In this document: piece by piece, positions 28,624 through 38,637 of the stretch
How the letters are laid out: each line of letters opens with the position of its first letter
How positions within the stretch are numbered: position 1 is the first letter of the stretch
DNA from: Acidimicrobiales bacterium
GTDB lineage: Bacteria > Actinomycetota > Acidimicrobiia > Acidimicrobiales > SZUA-35
Direction of reading: 5' to 3'
DNA length: 64,000 nt
NCBI GenBank assembly: GCA_020629155.1
Contig: JAHDDW010000008.1
Coordinates: 36,175 to 100,174 of the forward strand
Notes under the pieces: generated by a model
What the model was told of the DNA's origin: nothing
What the model saw: only the letters and a program-made list of their open reading frames with translations
Databases searched by the model: none
Translations under genes and position numbers: made by a program

Positions 28624-29856
28624 CTAGAATGCAAAAAATTTCTTGGCTGCAAGCAGTGCTGCCGCCAAAGCATCAACATCATCATGGTCATTATAAAGAT
28701 ACAAGCTTGCTCGTGCCGTTGCAGCGACGCCATAATGGCGCATCAAAGGTTTTGCACAATGATGTCCTGGTCGGACACAAACAGCGTGTTCATCGAGCAT
28801 TTGGCTTATATCGTGAGCATGAACTTCACCGAGTTCTAAAGAAAGAACTCCGCCTCGTTGTGATGCATCGGTTGGGCCTGGAATCTTCAAGTCGTCTCCT
28901 ACAACAGCAGGTAACGTTTCTAACGCATAGGTCGTCAATTCAATTTCATGCTGGCGGATAGTGTCTAGTCCATGCGTGTTAAGATAGTCAATAGCGGCAG
29001 TTAAACCTGCGGCTTGTGCGATTGGCGGTGTGCCTGCCTCAAATTTAGCTGGACCTTTTGCAGCGCTATAACTTTCTTGTGTAACGTTAAGAATCATACC
29101 ACCGCCGCCTAAGAAAGGTGACATCTCGTCAAGCAGCTGCTCTCTAGCCCATAACACACCAAGGCCAGAAGGGCCCAGCATTTTGTGTGGGCTGAAAACG
29201 AGAAAGTCGATGTCTACATCAACAACGTTTGTTGGCAGATGGGGAACTGATTGACACCCATCAACTAAAATAAGTGCGCCGTGTTTATGCGCCGCTGCTG
29301 CAAGTTCACTTATAGGCGTGAGCGTACCCAAAACGTTAGACATCGCTGTTATTGCCAACAGTTTTGCGCCAGTTAACAAGTCGTCAAGGTTGCTAAGGTC
29401 AAGCTGGCCAGATTCAGTTAAACCTATCCAGCGCAGCTCAATGCCGCGTTCTTCTTGAAGCATTTGCCAGGGAACAATATTGGCGTGATGTTCAAGTAAC
29501 GAAAGAACAACAACGTCGCCTTCCTGCAGATTCTGTTGCCCCCACGATCGAGCGACAAGGTTAATCGACTCGGTTGCGTTCTTCGTAAAAATAATCTCGT
29601 TGCTAGAAGCAGCACCTATGAAATCAGCTGTTTTGTTGCGAGCGTTTTCATAAAGATTTGTTGCCCTCACCGCAAGTTGATACACCCCACGGTGAACGTT
29701 TGCGTACTCATTTCGATAGACATCTGAGATAGCGTCAATTACCTGATTTGGGCGCTGTGACGATGCCGCCGAATCGAGAAAAACAAGCCGCTTACCGTTT
29801 TGTTCCTGATGGAGGATAGGAAAATCTTTACGGATCGCCGCAATATCTAAGGTCAT
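28624..29856 (-). CDS. sufS: Cysteine desulfurase
   Basis: FLDSAASSQRP, NVHRG, EHHANIVPW, SPHKMLGP, FEAGTP, RPGHHCA. Confidence 0.95.
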   Translation of the reverse strand: MTLDIAAIRKDFPILHQEQNGKRLVFLDSAASSQRPNQVIDAISDVYRNEYANVHRGVYQLAVRATNLYENARNKTADFIGAASSNEIIFTKNATESINLVARSWGQQNLQEGDVVVLSLLEHHANIVPWQMLQEERGIELRWIGLTESGQLDLSNLDDLLTGAKLLAITAMSNVLGTLTPISELAAAAHKHGALILVDGCQSVPHLPTNVVDVDIDFLVFSPHKMLGPSGLGVLWAREQLLDEMSPFLGGGGMILNVTQESYSAAKGPAKFEAGTPPIAQAAGLTAAIDYLNTHGLDTIRQHEIELTTYALETLPAVVGDDLKIPGPTDASQRGGVLSLELGEVHAHDISQMLDEHAVCVRPGHHCAKPLMRHYGVAATARASLYLYNDHDDVDALAAALLAAKKFFAF

Positions 29857-30611
29857 TTGAACCCCTCATAGCCTTTGGCTTCAAGTTCTTTCGCTAGTTC
29901 CATGCCGCCAGATGCAACGATTCGGCCGTCGACTAGAATATGAACGTGATCTGGTTGTAAATAGTTGAGAAGGCGCTGGTAATGCGTGATAGCGATAACA
30001 CCTAGTTCGCTACGTTCTTCGCGGACTTTTTGCACTCCCGTAGCTACTGTTTTAAGCGCATCGATATCAAGGCCAGAGTCAGTCTCGTCTAAGATGGCAA
30101 GCTTTGGCTCAAGCACTGCCATTTGCAGAATCTCGTTACGCTTCTTTTCGCCTCCAGAGAAACCTTCGTTAAGGTAGCGGTCTAAAAATGAGTTATCGAT
30201 TCCGAGTTTTTCCATCCATTCCATAAGGGCAAGGCGTAGCTCAAGCACACTCATGTCGATGCCTTTGCGAGCTGATAAGGCTTGGCGTAGAAAGTTCAGA
30301 ACAGAAACACCCGAGATGCTTTGAGGGTATTGAAACGCAAGAAAAATGCCTGCTTTGCCTCGGTCAGTGGTCGACCATTCGGCAACGCTTTCTTCATTAA
30401 ACAACACATCGCCTGAAGTGATTTCATAGCCTGGAGCCCCAAGTAGCGTGTTAGCGAGCGTCGATTTTCCTGAACCATTTGGGCCCATAATCGCATGCAG
30501 CTCTCCTGCTTCGACGGTGAGGTTGACGCCTTTGAGAATAGGGACGGCTGGAACATCCTCGGCGACCGCCTGCGCATGGATGTTTTGTATTTCAAATAGG
30601 GTTGTTGCCAT
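29853..30611 (-). CDS. sufC: Fe-S assembly ATPase
   Basis: MGPNGSGKST, FLAFQYP, NEGFSGGEKKRNE, LDETDSGLDID, ITHYQR. Confidence 0.96.
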   Translation of the reverse strand: MATTLFEIQNIHAQAVAEDVPAVPILKGVNLTVEAGELHAIMGPNGSGKSTLANTLLGAPGYEITSGDVLFNEESVAEWSTTDRGKAGIFLAFQYPQSISGVSVLNFLRQALSARKGIDMSVLELRLALMEWMEKLGIDNSFLDRYLNEGFSGGEKKRNEILQMAVLEPKLAILDETDSGLDIDALKTVATGVQKVREERSELGVIAITHYQRLLNYLQPDHVHILVDGRIVASGGMELAKELEAKGYEGFK

Positions 30612-30756
30612 AGACTTCAAGTCTAATGGTAAGAAACACCTAATTGTGCTGCCCCAGAAGGTTTACCAGTGCAGAAAATTCAAGCAAATGTTCCTTGTTG
30701 CGCTAAAGAAATCCAAGATATGCAATAGCTTTATGAGTAGGCGAGAGGTGGGCTTG

Positions 30757-30969
30757 ATGGGCAGGTTTTTTATTTCGACATTGGCGCTCGGGTTGTGTGT
30801 GGCCTCGATGGCTGTCGGCGCGTGGCTTGTGACCTACGGCGTCACCGAAGGCGACCCAAAACTGGTACTTGGAGCATTTACGGGGTCAGTGATAATGGGT
30901 ACCTACTATATGTTTTTGTTCTATTATTCACGCGGCGTTCGTTTCTTCAACCCATGGGCCGAAGAGTAA
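30757..30969 (+). CDS. Small two-TM membrane protein (70 aa)
   Basis: GAGGTGG RBS before ATG 30757; two hydrophobic segments; it is the 3' part of track ORF 30448..30969. Confidence 0.55.
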   Translation: MGRFFISTLALGLCVASMAVGAWLVTYGVTEGDPKLVLGAFTGSVIMGTYYMFLFYYSRGVRFFNPWAEE

Positions 30970-30980
30970 ACGAATTCGAT

Positions 30981-32219
30981 TTAATCAGACAATAGATAAT
31001 TCCATTTTGTTTTTAATCGATACGCTACGAAGTAGAAAACGATTGTGGTTATGAATCCGCCGTAAAGATATAAAAGATGATCTTCTAGCGTGAAAAGCGA
31101 AGTGAATAAAATTGAGATAAGGATATAAGGCATATCTGAAAATAAAGTTACGGTCGAAATAGCGGTTGCTCTATATTCAGAATCCACATTCTTGTTTATA
31201 AGACTTACTCTATATGGGTTAATAATTTCTTGGGCAGTGTAAACGAAGAAGAAAGAAACTGCCCCTAGTGCTAAATTATTTGTTAGAAGAACTATGCCGA
31301 ATCCGAGCAGGTAAGCAGTAAGAAAAAGTAGCTCAAGTTTCTTGCCTAAGTATGTAGAAAGTTTTCCGAAGTTGTAACTGACAAATAAAGCTGGGATAAG
31401 AACTATGCCAATTAGATAGCCTAACGTTTCGCCGTCATAACCAAAATAGAGGCCAGTAGCTTGGCGTACTGCACCTTCGTACGACTTGGGGAGAACGGCA
31501 AAGAACATTACAGGCAATATGAAGGTCAGAAAAGGCTTTTTGAGTATAATAGAGAAACCAGAACGAATTACTTGTAAATATGATCCAGATTCTGCTTTAA
31601 TTTCTGAACGAGATTTCTTGTTGGTCTCTGGCATGAAGCACAAGATGATTATCCCAAGTACGCTTGTAATAATCCATGCTAGATAGCTGAGCCATGGGTT
31701 GATGCTATAGAGTAACCCACTGCTGATAAGCGAAAATATATAGGACGCTGTCGCTATCGAGTTGACACGCCCCAGAACAAGATCATAATGAGTTTCTTTT
31801 TTTATGCTTAGCAGATGTTCATACAAGTACGCTTCTTTTGAACCAGATAGCAGAGCGAAACCTAGAACCAGGATGATTTGCGCTACCAAAAACCCTAAGA
31901 AACTATGCCAAAACAGTACTAAGAAACCTTGGACAATAAATGAAGTGAGTCCTGCGATTAAGGTAAATTTTTTGCCACAAAAGTCAGCTAAAGCTCCTGA
32001 CGGAACTTCTAGAAAAATACCTACAATTTTGGAAATGCCATCAATTAGAAACGCACTGCCTAAGGGAATGAAGATAGAAAAATAGAAGAGCCAGTTCGGT
32101 TGAATGAATCTGACGCCAAATGAGAAGCTTAAAAGATAATACAACCCAATTGTTCTGTCACCATATGTTGGAAACCGCTGGAACACCATGAACACTCTAT
32201 CCAAAGTTTGTTGCGACAA
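30981..32219 (-). CDS. MFS transporter
   Basis: About 12 TMs, LEVPSGALAD..GKK, SGSKEAYLYE, RATAIS. Confidence 0.88.
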   Translation of the reverse strand: MSQQTLDRVFMVFQRFPTYGDRTIGLYYLLSFSFGVRFIQPNWLFYFSIFIPLGSAFLIDGISKIVGIFLEVPSGALADFCGKKFTLIAGLTSFIVQGFLVLFWHSFLGFLVAQIILVLGFALLSGSKEAYLYEHLLSIKKETHYDLVLGRVNSIATASYIFSLISSGLLYSINPWLSYLAWIITSVLGIIILCFMPETNKKSRSEIKAESGSYLQVIRSGFSIILKKPFLTFILPVMFFAVLPKSYEGAVRQATGLYFGYDGETLGYLIGIVLIPALFVSYNFGKLSTYLGKKLELLFLTAYLLGFGIVLLTNNLALGAVSFFFVYTAQEIINPYRVSLINKNVDSEYRATAISTVTLFSDMPYILISILFTSLFTLEDHLLYLYGGFITTIVFYFVAYRLKTKWNYLLSD

Positions 32220-32298
32220 GCAGAGTGTGCTCTTGTCGAAACGCTATAACAACATCGGACGCTATCCTGCTAGTAGCAGTTTCAGCAGATTGGGTGAT

Positions 32299-33429
32299 AT
32301 GGAAAAAATGAGAATTCTTCTACTAGCATGTGGTGGGACAATCGGGGCAGACAGTTCATACGAACTAGGAATAGCAGCGGTACATAAGGGCTCTGATTTT
32401 ATTAATGAACTAGTCGATGTGTTCCCAGATCTAAAGTCGGGTAGTGATGACGGTACGCCAGGTTTTCTGGTCGATGATATCTTAGTGACAACGACTACCT
32501 GTAGCAGTGACTTAGGCGAGTCTACATGGGTTGCGCTTTCTGAGTTAATCAAAAAACACTATGACGACTATGATGGTTTTCTTATTTCTCATGGTACAAA
32601 TACACTGAGCTACACAGCAAGTGCCTTAAGTTTTGCCTTCCCAAATATTGGCAAACCAGTTGTTCTAACTGGGTCGCAGATGCCCTTTAAAGTTTCAGGA
32701 TCAGATGCCTTAGCTAATCTTTCCAACTCTTTACGAGTTCTAGGATTAGCACAAAACCAAAGTTATCTTGAGCGAGCAGCAGCTAGCAAATCTACTTTTA
32801 ACGATTTTGCTGGTGTCTTCGTAGTATTCGGATCGCAAATTATAGCTGGGACTCGAGTTAGAAAAATGTCTGAGTTGGCAATAGAAGGTTTCGCTTCCTA
32901 CAACGCTGCGCCAGTCGGAGTATTGAGGTCAGATAAAATATTTATAGATTTTCGTGAGTATGATTTTTATAGAGAGTATTTAAATGGAACCGCTATAGCT
33001 AAGGCAGGAAAAGAATTAGTAGTAAAGAACAGCTTTGATGGTGATGTGCTTTCGATAGTTGCGCATCCTAATTCTAGCATTGATAAATTAACGCATATGC
33101 TTAATCAAAAGTTTGATGGAATATTACTCCAAGGGTTCGGCGATGGCGAGATGCCAGAAGAGTATAACGATTTTTTGCAAACTGCTGCAGGGCTTGAAGT
33201 GCCAGTAATAGTTGGGTCTCAAGTAACTAATGGAGTGAGCAGTTTAGTTTTATATCCAGGAAGCAAACGGGCATCTGTTCGAGGAGCAACCCCCGCTTGG
33301 GACATGAGTCTTGAATCGATATATATAAAACTGAGATGGCTTATAGGGCAAAACTGTTCATACGAGGAGATTCATAATATTATGCCTAAAAGTCTGCGAG
33401 GCGAAATAAAACCGTCACATCTACTATAG
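32299..33429 (+). CDS. L-asparaginase-like protein (type I/II fold) with HGTNT variant
   Basis: LACGGTIG, HGTNTLSYTASALSF, KPVVLTGSQ, SDALANL, RVRKM; start moved to ATG 32299. Confidence 0.82.
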   Translation: MEKMRILLLACGGTIGADSSYELGIAAVHKGSDFINELVDVFPDLKSGSDDGTPGFLVDDILVTTTTCSSDLGESTWVALSELIKKHYDDYDGFLISHGTNTLSYTASALSFAFPNIGKPVVLTGSQMPFKVSGSDALANLSNSLRVLGLAQNQSYLERAAASKSTFNDFAGVFVVFGSQIIAGTRVRKMSELAIEGFASYNAAPVGVLRSDKIFIDFREYDFYREYLNGTAIAKAGKELVVKNSFDGDVLSIVAHPNSSIDKLTHMLNQKFDGILLQGFGDGEMPEEYNDFLQTAAGLEVPVIVGSQVTNGVSSLVLYPGSKRASVRGATPAWDMSLESIYIKLRWLIGQNCSYEEIHNIMPKSLRGEIKPSHLL

Positions 33430-33433
33430 TAGC

Positions 33434-34471
33434 TTGCCTTTGACTGCAGTGATCGGTAATGTGAATAGCATAATCATTGAGTTAATCAAAGCTGAGTTTT
33501 TCAGTGAATGCGAAACGATAGAAGCAGTCATAGACCAAACGCCAGAAATTGATCGTTGGTGCTCATCGCCTGATTGGGTCATGGCAGTTCACGCTGGTTT
33601 CAGCGTTGATGATACACCTTTATTTCTTACAACGCCTGATCGCAGTGGCTACGCGGCACTAACACGTTTTCAAGATGGCGAAGGCCGAACTGTTATCGCT
33701 GGGCTAGAGCTTGCTTGGGGGTTTGCAGCACCGTTTGTTGCGAAAGATCCAGCAACATTTTTTGCGGCTATGGCAACGTATCTGGCGCAAGATGCAACGT
33801 GGGATGATCTGATTCTGACAGGGTTACCTTATGCGACACACCCTAATTCTTACGTAGGGCATTTGCGCAAGGCATTTCTAGTGTTAGGTGATGCAAGGAT
33901 GATCGAAGGGATCGATCGTCAAATAGTACATTTGGGCGATAGCGAGGATCGTTTCGAAAAGTGGTTTGCTCGGCGCTCAAGCTCATTTCGCCGCAATAGT
34001 CGCCGCTGCGAGCGCAAAGCCTCTGCTCATGGCATCAAAATTGAAGATGTTTCACAAAGCAACACTAATTTTGAGCGGATACTGCAGATAGAAAAGCAAA
34101 GCTGGAAAGGCCCCGATGATGAAGGGATTACCGCACCAGAAATGCATGCCGTATATCGCTATTTGACAAAACAACTTGCAACGAAAGGCCGTCTATGTCT
34201 GCATATCGCTGTTCATGAAGGGCGAGACTGCGGCTATATCCTAGGTGGTTTGCGCAATGGAATCTATCGTGGTTTGCAGCTTTCATACATCGAAGAAATG
34301 CGAGATTTTTCTATAGGGCATTTGTTGCAGCTGCATCAGCTTCGCGAACTTTCAGGCAGCGATAAATCAAAACAAGCGAATCGCTATGACATGGGAATGG
34401 ACATTGCCTATAAACGGCGATGGGCTGACAAGAAAGAGAAAACCTTAATTCTAGGCGTTACAAGAGGCTAG
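33434..34471 (+). CDS. GNAT-family acetyltransferase (CelD/BcsL-like)
   Basis: WFARRSSSFRRN, IEKQSWKG, FSIGHLLQL, YDMGMDIAYKRRW. Confidence 0.7.
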   Translation: MPLTAVIGNVNSIIIELIKAEFFSECETIEAVIDQTPEIDRWCSSPDWVMAVHAGFSVDDTPLFLTTPDRSGYAALTRFQDGEGRTVIAGLELAWGFAAPFVAKDPATFFAAMATYLAQDATWDDLILTGLPYATHPNSYVGHLRKAFLVLGDARMIEGIDRQIVHLGDSEDRFEKWFARRSSSFRRNSRRCERKASAHGIKIEDVSQSNTNFERILQIEKQSWKGPDDEGITAPEMHAVYRYLTKQLATKGRLCLHIAVHEGRDCGYILGGLRNGIYRGLQLSYIEEMRDFSIGHLLQLHQLRELSGSDKSKQANRYDMGMDIAYKRRWADKKEKTLILGVTRG

Positions 34472-34520
34472 AAGTTAGAGAATTTCATAAGCGCTACTTG
34501 CCTACAAAATACTTTAAAGT

Positions 34521-34550
34521 TCGACATACCCCTTGGAATAAATCATCTAG
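34521..34550. repeat. Orphan terminal remnant of the CTAGATGG repeat family
   Basis: TCGACATACCCCTTGGAATAAATCATCTAG resembles both ends of 1493-1751 (..CCTTGGGAAAACCATCTAG as reverse complement; ..TGGAATAAACCATCTAG). Confidence 0.4.
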
Positions 34551-34597
34551 GTAAGCGATAACAAATTTTGGTGTAGAATCAGACGTTAGGAGTAAAA

Positions 34598-35212
34598 ATG
34601 TTTGTGAAAATTTGTGGCATAACGTCTATAGAAGATGCTCAGTATTGTGTTGATGCTGGCGTTGACGCTATCGGTCTTGTGTTTGCCGAGTCATCACGTA
34701 ACGTTTCAGCAGCGCAAGCGAAAGAGATAGTGTCGACTTTGCCAGAGAATGTTTTGTCGGTCGGTGTATTTCGAGGCCAGACGAAAGAAGAAATTGTTGA
34801 TGTCGCTTCTCAATCGCAAGTCGGTTGTGTTCAGCTACATGGAGATGAGACGCTCCAAGACGCGTTATGGATAGCGGAGAAAATCCCAAAGGTAATAAAA
34901 GCGTTATCTTCTAGCGATTTGTTTAGTCAAACTCAGGAACGCACTGGCGTATCGCAGCTTGCAGAGTATAAGCGTTTTATGCTCATGATCGACGCGCCCA
35001 ATCCAGGTGCTGGTGAACCGTTTGATTGGACAGCTTTGCAAGATATCTCCACCGATTTTATTTTAGCTGGAGGGTTAACGCCACAAAATGTAGCGCAAGC
35101 TATCGAGATCGCATCGCCTTGGGGTGTTGATGTATCAACAGGTGTTGAACTATCGCCAGGTGTTAAAGATAAAGCAAAAATTAAGAGCTTTACTTCAGCT
35201 GCAAGAAGCTAA
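34598..35212 (+). CDS. trpF: Phosphoribosylanthranilate isomerase
   Basis: VKICGIT, VQLHGDE, GAGEPFDW, LAGGLTPQNV, GVDVSTGVE. Confidence 0.95.
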   Translation: MFVKICGITSIEDAQYCVDAGVDAIGLVFAESSRNVSAAQAKEIVSTLPENVLSVGVFRGQTKEEIVDVASQSQVGCVQLHGDETLQDALWIAEKIPKVIKALSSSDLFSQTQERTGVSQLAEYKRFMLMIDAPNPGAGEPFDWTALQDISTDFILAGGLTPQNVAQAIEIASPWGVDVSTGVELSPGVKDKAKIKSFTSAARS

Positions 35213-35967
35213 GCTGCATATTTTTTGATCACCTGTACCAAGCCATCATTTTCTAATGATCCAGCGATTTCGTCTGCTAACTCTTTGAGGTCATCGATGG
35301 CGTTGCCCATGGCTATTTTGTGGCCCACAGCTTTGAAAAGCTCGATGTCGTTGGCGCTGTCGCCTATGCCAATAGTTTTTTCTTTGCTTATCTCGATCAT
35401 GGCAAGAATCTCGGTGACGGCACGCTCTTTTGTCGCATCTATGTTGGTGATATGAATATCTGAACACGCTGGCGTCCACGACGGAACAATGATTGCCTTG
35501 AGCGATTCTATAGTGCTTATCGAGGCAACTATATCTGGGGCCTCATCTAGAGGCACTTTCAGAATATAAATTGAAGGAGTCTCATCAACGAGCGGCTTGT
35601 CTGACGCCTTGACTTTTTCGCCGCCTAGCTCATGAGCATAGATAATTTCATAAGGAACGTTTTGGCAGATAGCAAATAGTTGTTGAATCGTAGATCGGTG
35701 TATAGTCGACTGCCAGAGAATATTGCCGCTCTGTGGATCAATAACCTGCGCACCACCTGAAATAGCACAAGGCGTTTTTAGCTCTAGCGCCTGCAGAACT
35801 GGTAGCGCCGCGAGGACAGATCGACCAGTTGCAGCAAAAAGTGTTAGTGAAGATGTTGTCGCTACGGTATGTTTCAGCAGATCAGACGGGGTTGCTGCCA
35901 AGGCGCTTTCTATCGCAGTGCCGTCAAGATCAAATACTAGAGCATCATAAAAAGAATGAGAAGTCAC
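35209..35967 (-). CDS. Cof-type HAD-IIB hydrolase/phosphatase
   Basis: FDLDGT, ATGRS, K of DATK, IGDSANDIELF, MGNA. Confidence 0.88.
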   Translation of the reverse strand: MTSHSFYDALVFDLDGTAIESALAATPSDLLKHTVATTSSLTLFAATGRSVLAALPVLQALELKTPCAISGGAQVIDPQSGNILWQSTIHRSTIQQLFAICQNVPYEIIYAHELGGEKVKASDKPLVDETPSIYILKVPLDEAPDIVASISTIESLKAIIVPSWTPACSDIHITNIDATKERAVTEILAMIEISKEKTIGIGDSANDIELFKAVGHKIAMGNAIDDLKELADEIAGSLENDGLVQVIKKYAA

Positions 35968-36080
35968 CCGTTCAGCCTGCCTCGCAACATCACATTTTAC
36001 TACGTGTGAGCATATTTACAGGTGTGCTATGAGTCATTTAGCTGTCTAACTGGACAGACACACAGTGATACTCTGAGAAG

Positions 36081-37526
36081 ATGGCTTCGGGAAGGTTTTT
36101 GATGGAAAATAATGTGCATCTTTTGGATGGAGAAACCATTGTCGCTATCGATTTAGTTGAGAATACCAGGCCAGCAAACTTTCTTGATCCTGTCGAAGCA
36201 TTATGTCGTCTATGTGGGGTTTCAGATCCAGCTAATATCGGCCGCAATGGCCCGATTAATGCGTCTGCTTCCTGTGAAACCTCAACAGATGAAGCACTAA
36301 AAAAATATGAAACATTATTTGGGCGTGATTCTCTTTATGCTGCGTTGATGCTAGCAGATGCATATCCTAATCTTCTACAAGCAACAGTTGTTCGTTTAGC
36401 CGAGTTGCAAGGCACCAGCTACCGAATGTATGCCGAAGAAGAGCCTGGCCGTATCATCCACGAGCATCGCTTGGATGACGACGAAGTTGGGCAAGAAATA
36501 ACACGAACTAGCGGATGGCTATGGCCTTATTACGGAGCAGTCGACTCGACGCCTGTGTTTGTGCTTGCCTGCCAGAAACTATATGAGCAAGACAAGAATG
36601 TATTATCAGAAATGGTTACTAAAGAAGATGGGACTGTTACTACGATCGAAGAAGCATGTGCGGCAGCGTTGCTTTGGACTATAAAAAAGTTAGAAACGTC
36701 AGATCTCTTTTTCATAGAAAGCGACCCACAGTTTGAAGGTTCTATAACTAATCAGACATGGAAAGATTCCCACGACTCGATGACGTTCGCAGACGGTGCG
36801 ATGCCAGAGCTACCTTTGTCGTCTGTTGAGGTGCAAGGGTTTGCTTATGATGCAGTAAAGTTCGGTGCGAACTATTTTAGCGACACACAACTTGGCGACC
36901 GTTGCAAAGAAGCTACAAAGAAGCTAGGGGAGCAGTTCAAAAAGTATTATCTTCCTCCTGTTGCTTCTTCTCTGCCATGTGTCGCAATGGGAGTTGGCTA
37001 TTGCGACAAGGGTGAAGTTGCCCCACTATGGATTTCAGGTTCAAACATCGGCCATCTTTTACGAGGCGACCTTTTGAACGATATTGGGCGCAGCGATGTG
37101 AAAGAAAAGATTGTCGATGAATTATTTTCTGACAATCTACTGGGGGCAGCTGGCATACGAACGTTAGGGAAAAACGAAGTTCGCTATCGTCCAGGGGCAT
37201 ATCATTGCGGTCAAGTATGGCTGTGGGAAAGTGCTGTGTTTGCGTTGTACCTTGCAGACCTAGGTTATGTAGACAAGGCGCTGGCATTAAAAGCAAAAGT
37301 GCTTGAAGCTTGCGAAATTTTCGGTGGTTACCCAGAGTTTGCGCGTGGCGATGATGATGCTATTGCATTTAATACACATATCGTTGACATTGTCGATATT
37401 GATGGTAAGTCAAATCGTATAGAGCAGCCGCCACAACAAATCCAAGGTTGGACTGTTGCAGGCGTTGTCGCGTTGCAAGCTTCGGCTCAGCTTCGAGAAG
37501 ATATTGTTCTGAAAGAAGCCTGTTAG
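36081..37526 (+). CDS. Amylo-alpha-1,6-glucosidase / glycogen-debranching-like six-hairpin glycosidase
   Basis: TLFGRDSL, EEPGRIIHE, PYYGAVDSTP, NQTWKDS, VEVQG, YHCGQVW. Confidence 0.82.
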   Translation: MASGRFLMENNVHLLDGETIVAIDLVENTRPANFLDPVEALCRLCGVSDPANIGRNGPINASASCETSTDEALKKYETLFGRDSLYAALMLADAYPNLLQATVVRLAELQGTSYRMYAEEEPGRIIHEHRLDDDEVGQEITRTSGWLWPYYGAVDSTPVFVLACQKLYEQDKNVLSEMVTKEDGTVTTIEEACAAALLWTIKKLETSDLFFIESDPQFEGSITNQTWKDSHDSMTFADGAMPELPLSSVEVQGFAYDAVKFGANYFSDTQLGDRCKEATKKLGEQFKKYYLPPVASSLPCVAMGVGYCDKGEVAPLWISGSNIGHLLRGDLLNDIGRSDVKEKIVDELFSDNLLGAAGIRTLGKNEVRYRPGAYHCGQVWLWESAVFALYLADLGYVDKALALKAKVLEACEIFGGYPEFARGDDDAIAFNTHIVDIVDIDGKSNRIEQPPQQIQGWTVAGVVALQASAQLREDIVLKEAC

Positions 37527-38599
37527 CTCGTTACTTTATTGCTGCGTGAAATAGTAATCGCAGTTTTCTTCACTAGCGATGCTCGATATAGCTCAAGATA
37601 TTGATCCGTCATATTTTTCATGGAAAAAGTTGTTTCGATTGCTTTTCGGCAATTTTCTCGTTCTATGAAGTCGATATTTTTGATAGCAGCAAGAAACTCA
37701 TCTCTAGAATTGCACACGAAGCCTGTGGTTCCGTTATGTATAATTTCTGGCGCTGAACCTAGCGCAGAAGCGATAACAGGAGTCCCTGCGGCTAATGCTT
37801 CTATCATGACAAGTCCGAATGGTTCAGCCCAGGCAAATGGATTTAGCAATGCTTTCGCCCCTTGGAAAAGACGCTGCGTGTCCTCTCGTGAAAGCTCACC
37901 TAAGTAGACGATCTGGCTATCAAGCAGTGGCTTAACTTTTTCTTGAAAATATGCTTTCTCGATCGGTTCTGTGCATTTGGCGGCGATTTTTAGCGAAACA
38001 CCTGTTTCTTTCGCTAGCTCGCATGCAGTATGAATTCCTTTATCAGGTGACATTCTACCAACACATGCAAAATAGTCGCCATCGCCAGAACCAACCAAAA
38101 AGTCAGCCGGGTCAAGCCCATGATGGATAGTTTTTGCTAGGGGAAGTAACGAGGAAACTTGGCTCGCATGGTTTTCAGAAATCGTGACTATTTTGCCGCC
38201 ACGGTTGCTTATTTTCTGCCACAGATAAAGATTCTGCGGCAGGAAAGGATCATGCACGGTTGCTATAAGCGGAGGCGAAGTGTGCGGCTGCCATGTTAAA
38301 GGCCCAGCAATAGTATGGTCATGGATCACATCGCAGTCTGCGAACTGTTCGTAGGCAGAGGTAAGGTGATGTAATGCGTGGCGCATCTCTGTTATCGCAA
38401 GATTTGATTTGAACCCTCTAGCTTTTTCAAAAATGTATTGTGTAGGGACAGTACACGTGCTGTCGCCTGTGGCAAACAGCATGACATCATGTCCCTGTTG
38501 CGTAAGTCCACGACAAAGAATATCAATAACAAGTTCTGTTCCGCCATATGCTAGCGGCGGCACAGCAACCCATGGTGGTGCTACCATTCCGATTTTCAT
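37523..38599 (-). CDS. Glycosyltransferase family 4 (AviGT4-like), copy 1
   Basis: APPWVAVPPLAYGGTE, GRMSPDKG, WAEPFGLVMIEA. Confidence 0.9.
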   Translation of the reverse strand: MKIGMVAPPWVAVPPLAYGGTELVIDILCRGLTQQGHDVMLFATGDSTCTVPTQYIFEKARGFKSNLAITEMRHALHHLTSAYEQFADCDVIHDHTIAGPLTWQPHTSPPLIATVHDPFLPQNLYLWQKISNRGGKIVTISENHASQVSSLLPLAKTIHHGLDPADFLVGSGDGDYFACVGRMSPDKGIHTACELAKETGVSLKIAAKCTEPIEKAYFQEKVKPLLDSQIVYLGELSREDTQRLFQGAKALLNPFAWAEPFGLVMIEALAAGTPVIASALGSAPEIIHNGTTGFVCNSRDEFLAAIKNIDFIERENCRKAIETTFSMKNMTDQYLELYRASLVKKTAITISRSNKVTS

Positions 38600-38637
38600 G
38601 TAACCTCCGAGTAGTCACGTAGACACCTCGGATTTCT

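Noticed and set aside
28129-30611. sufCSU without sufBD as a novel minimal SUF system
   Set aside because: Split suf loci are common, and sufB/sufD may lie outside this window.
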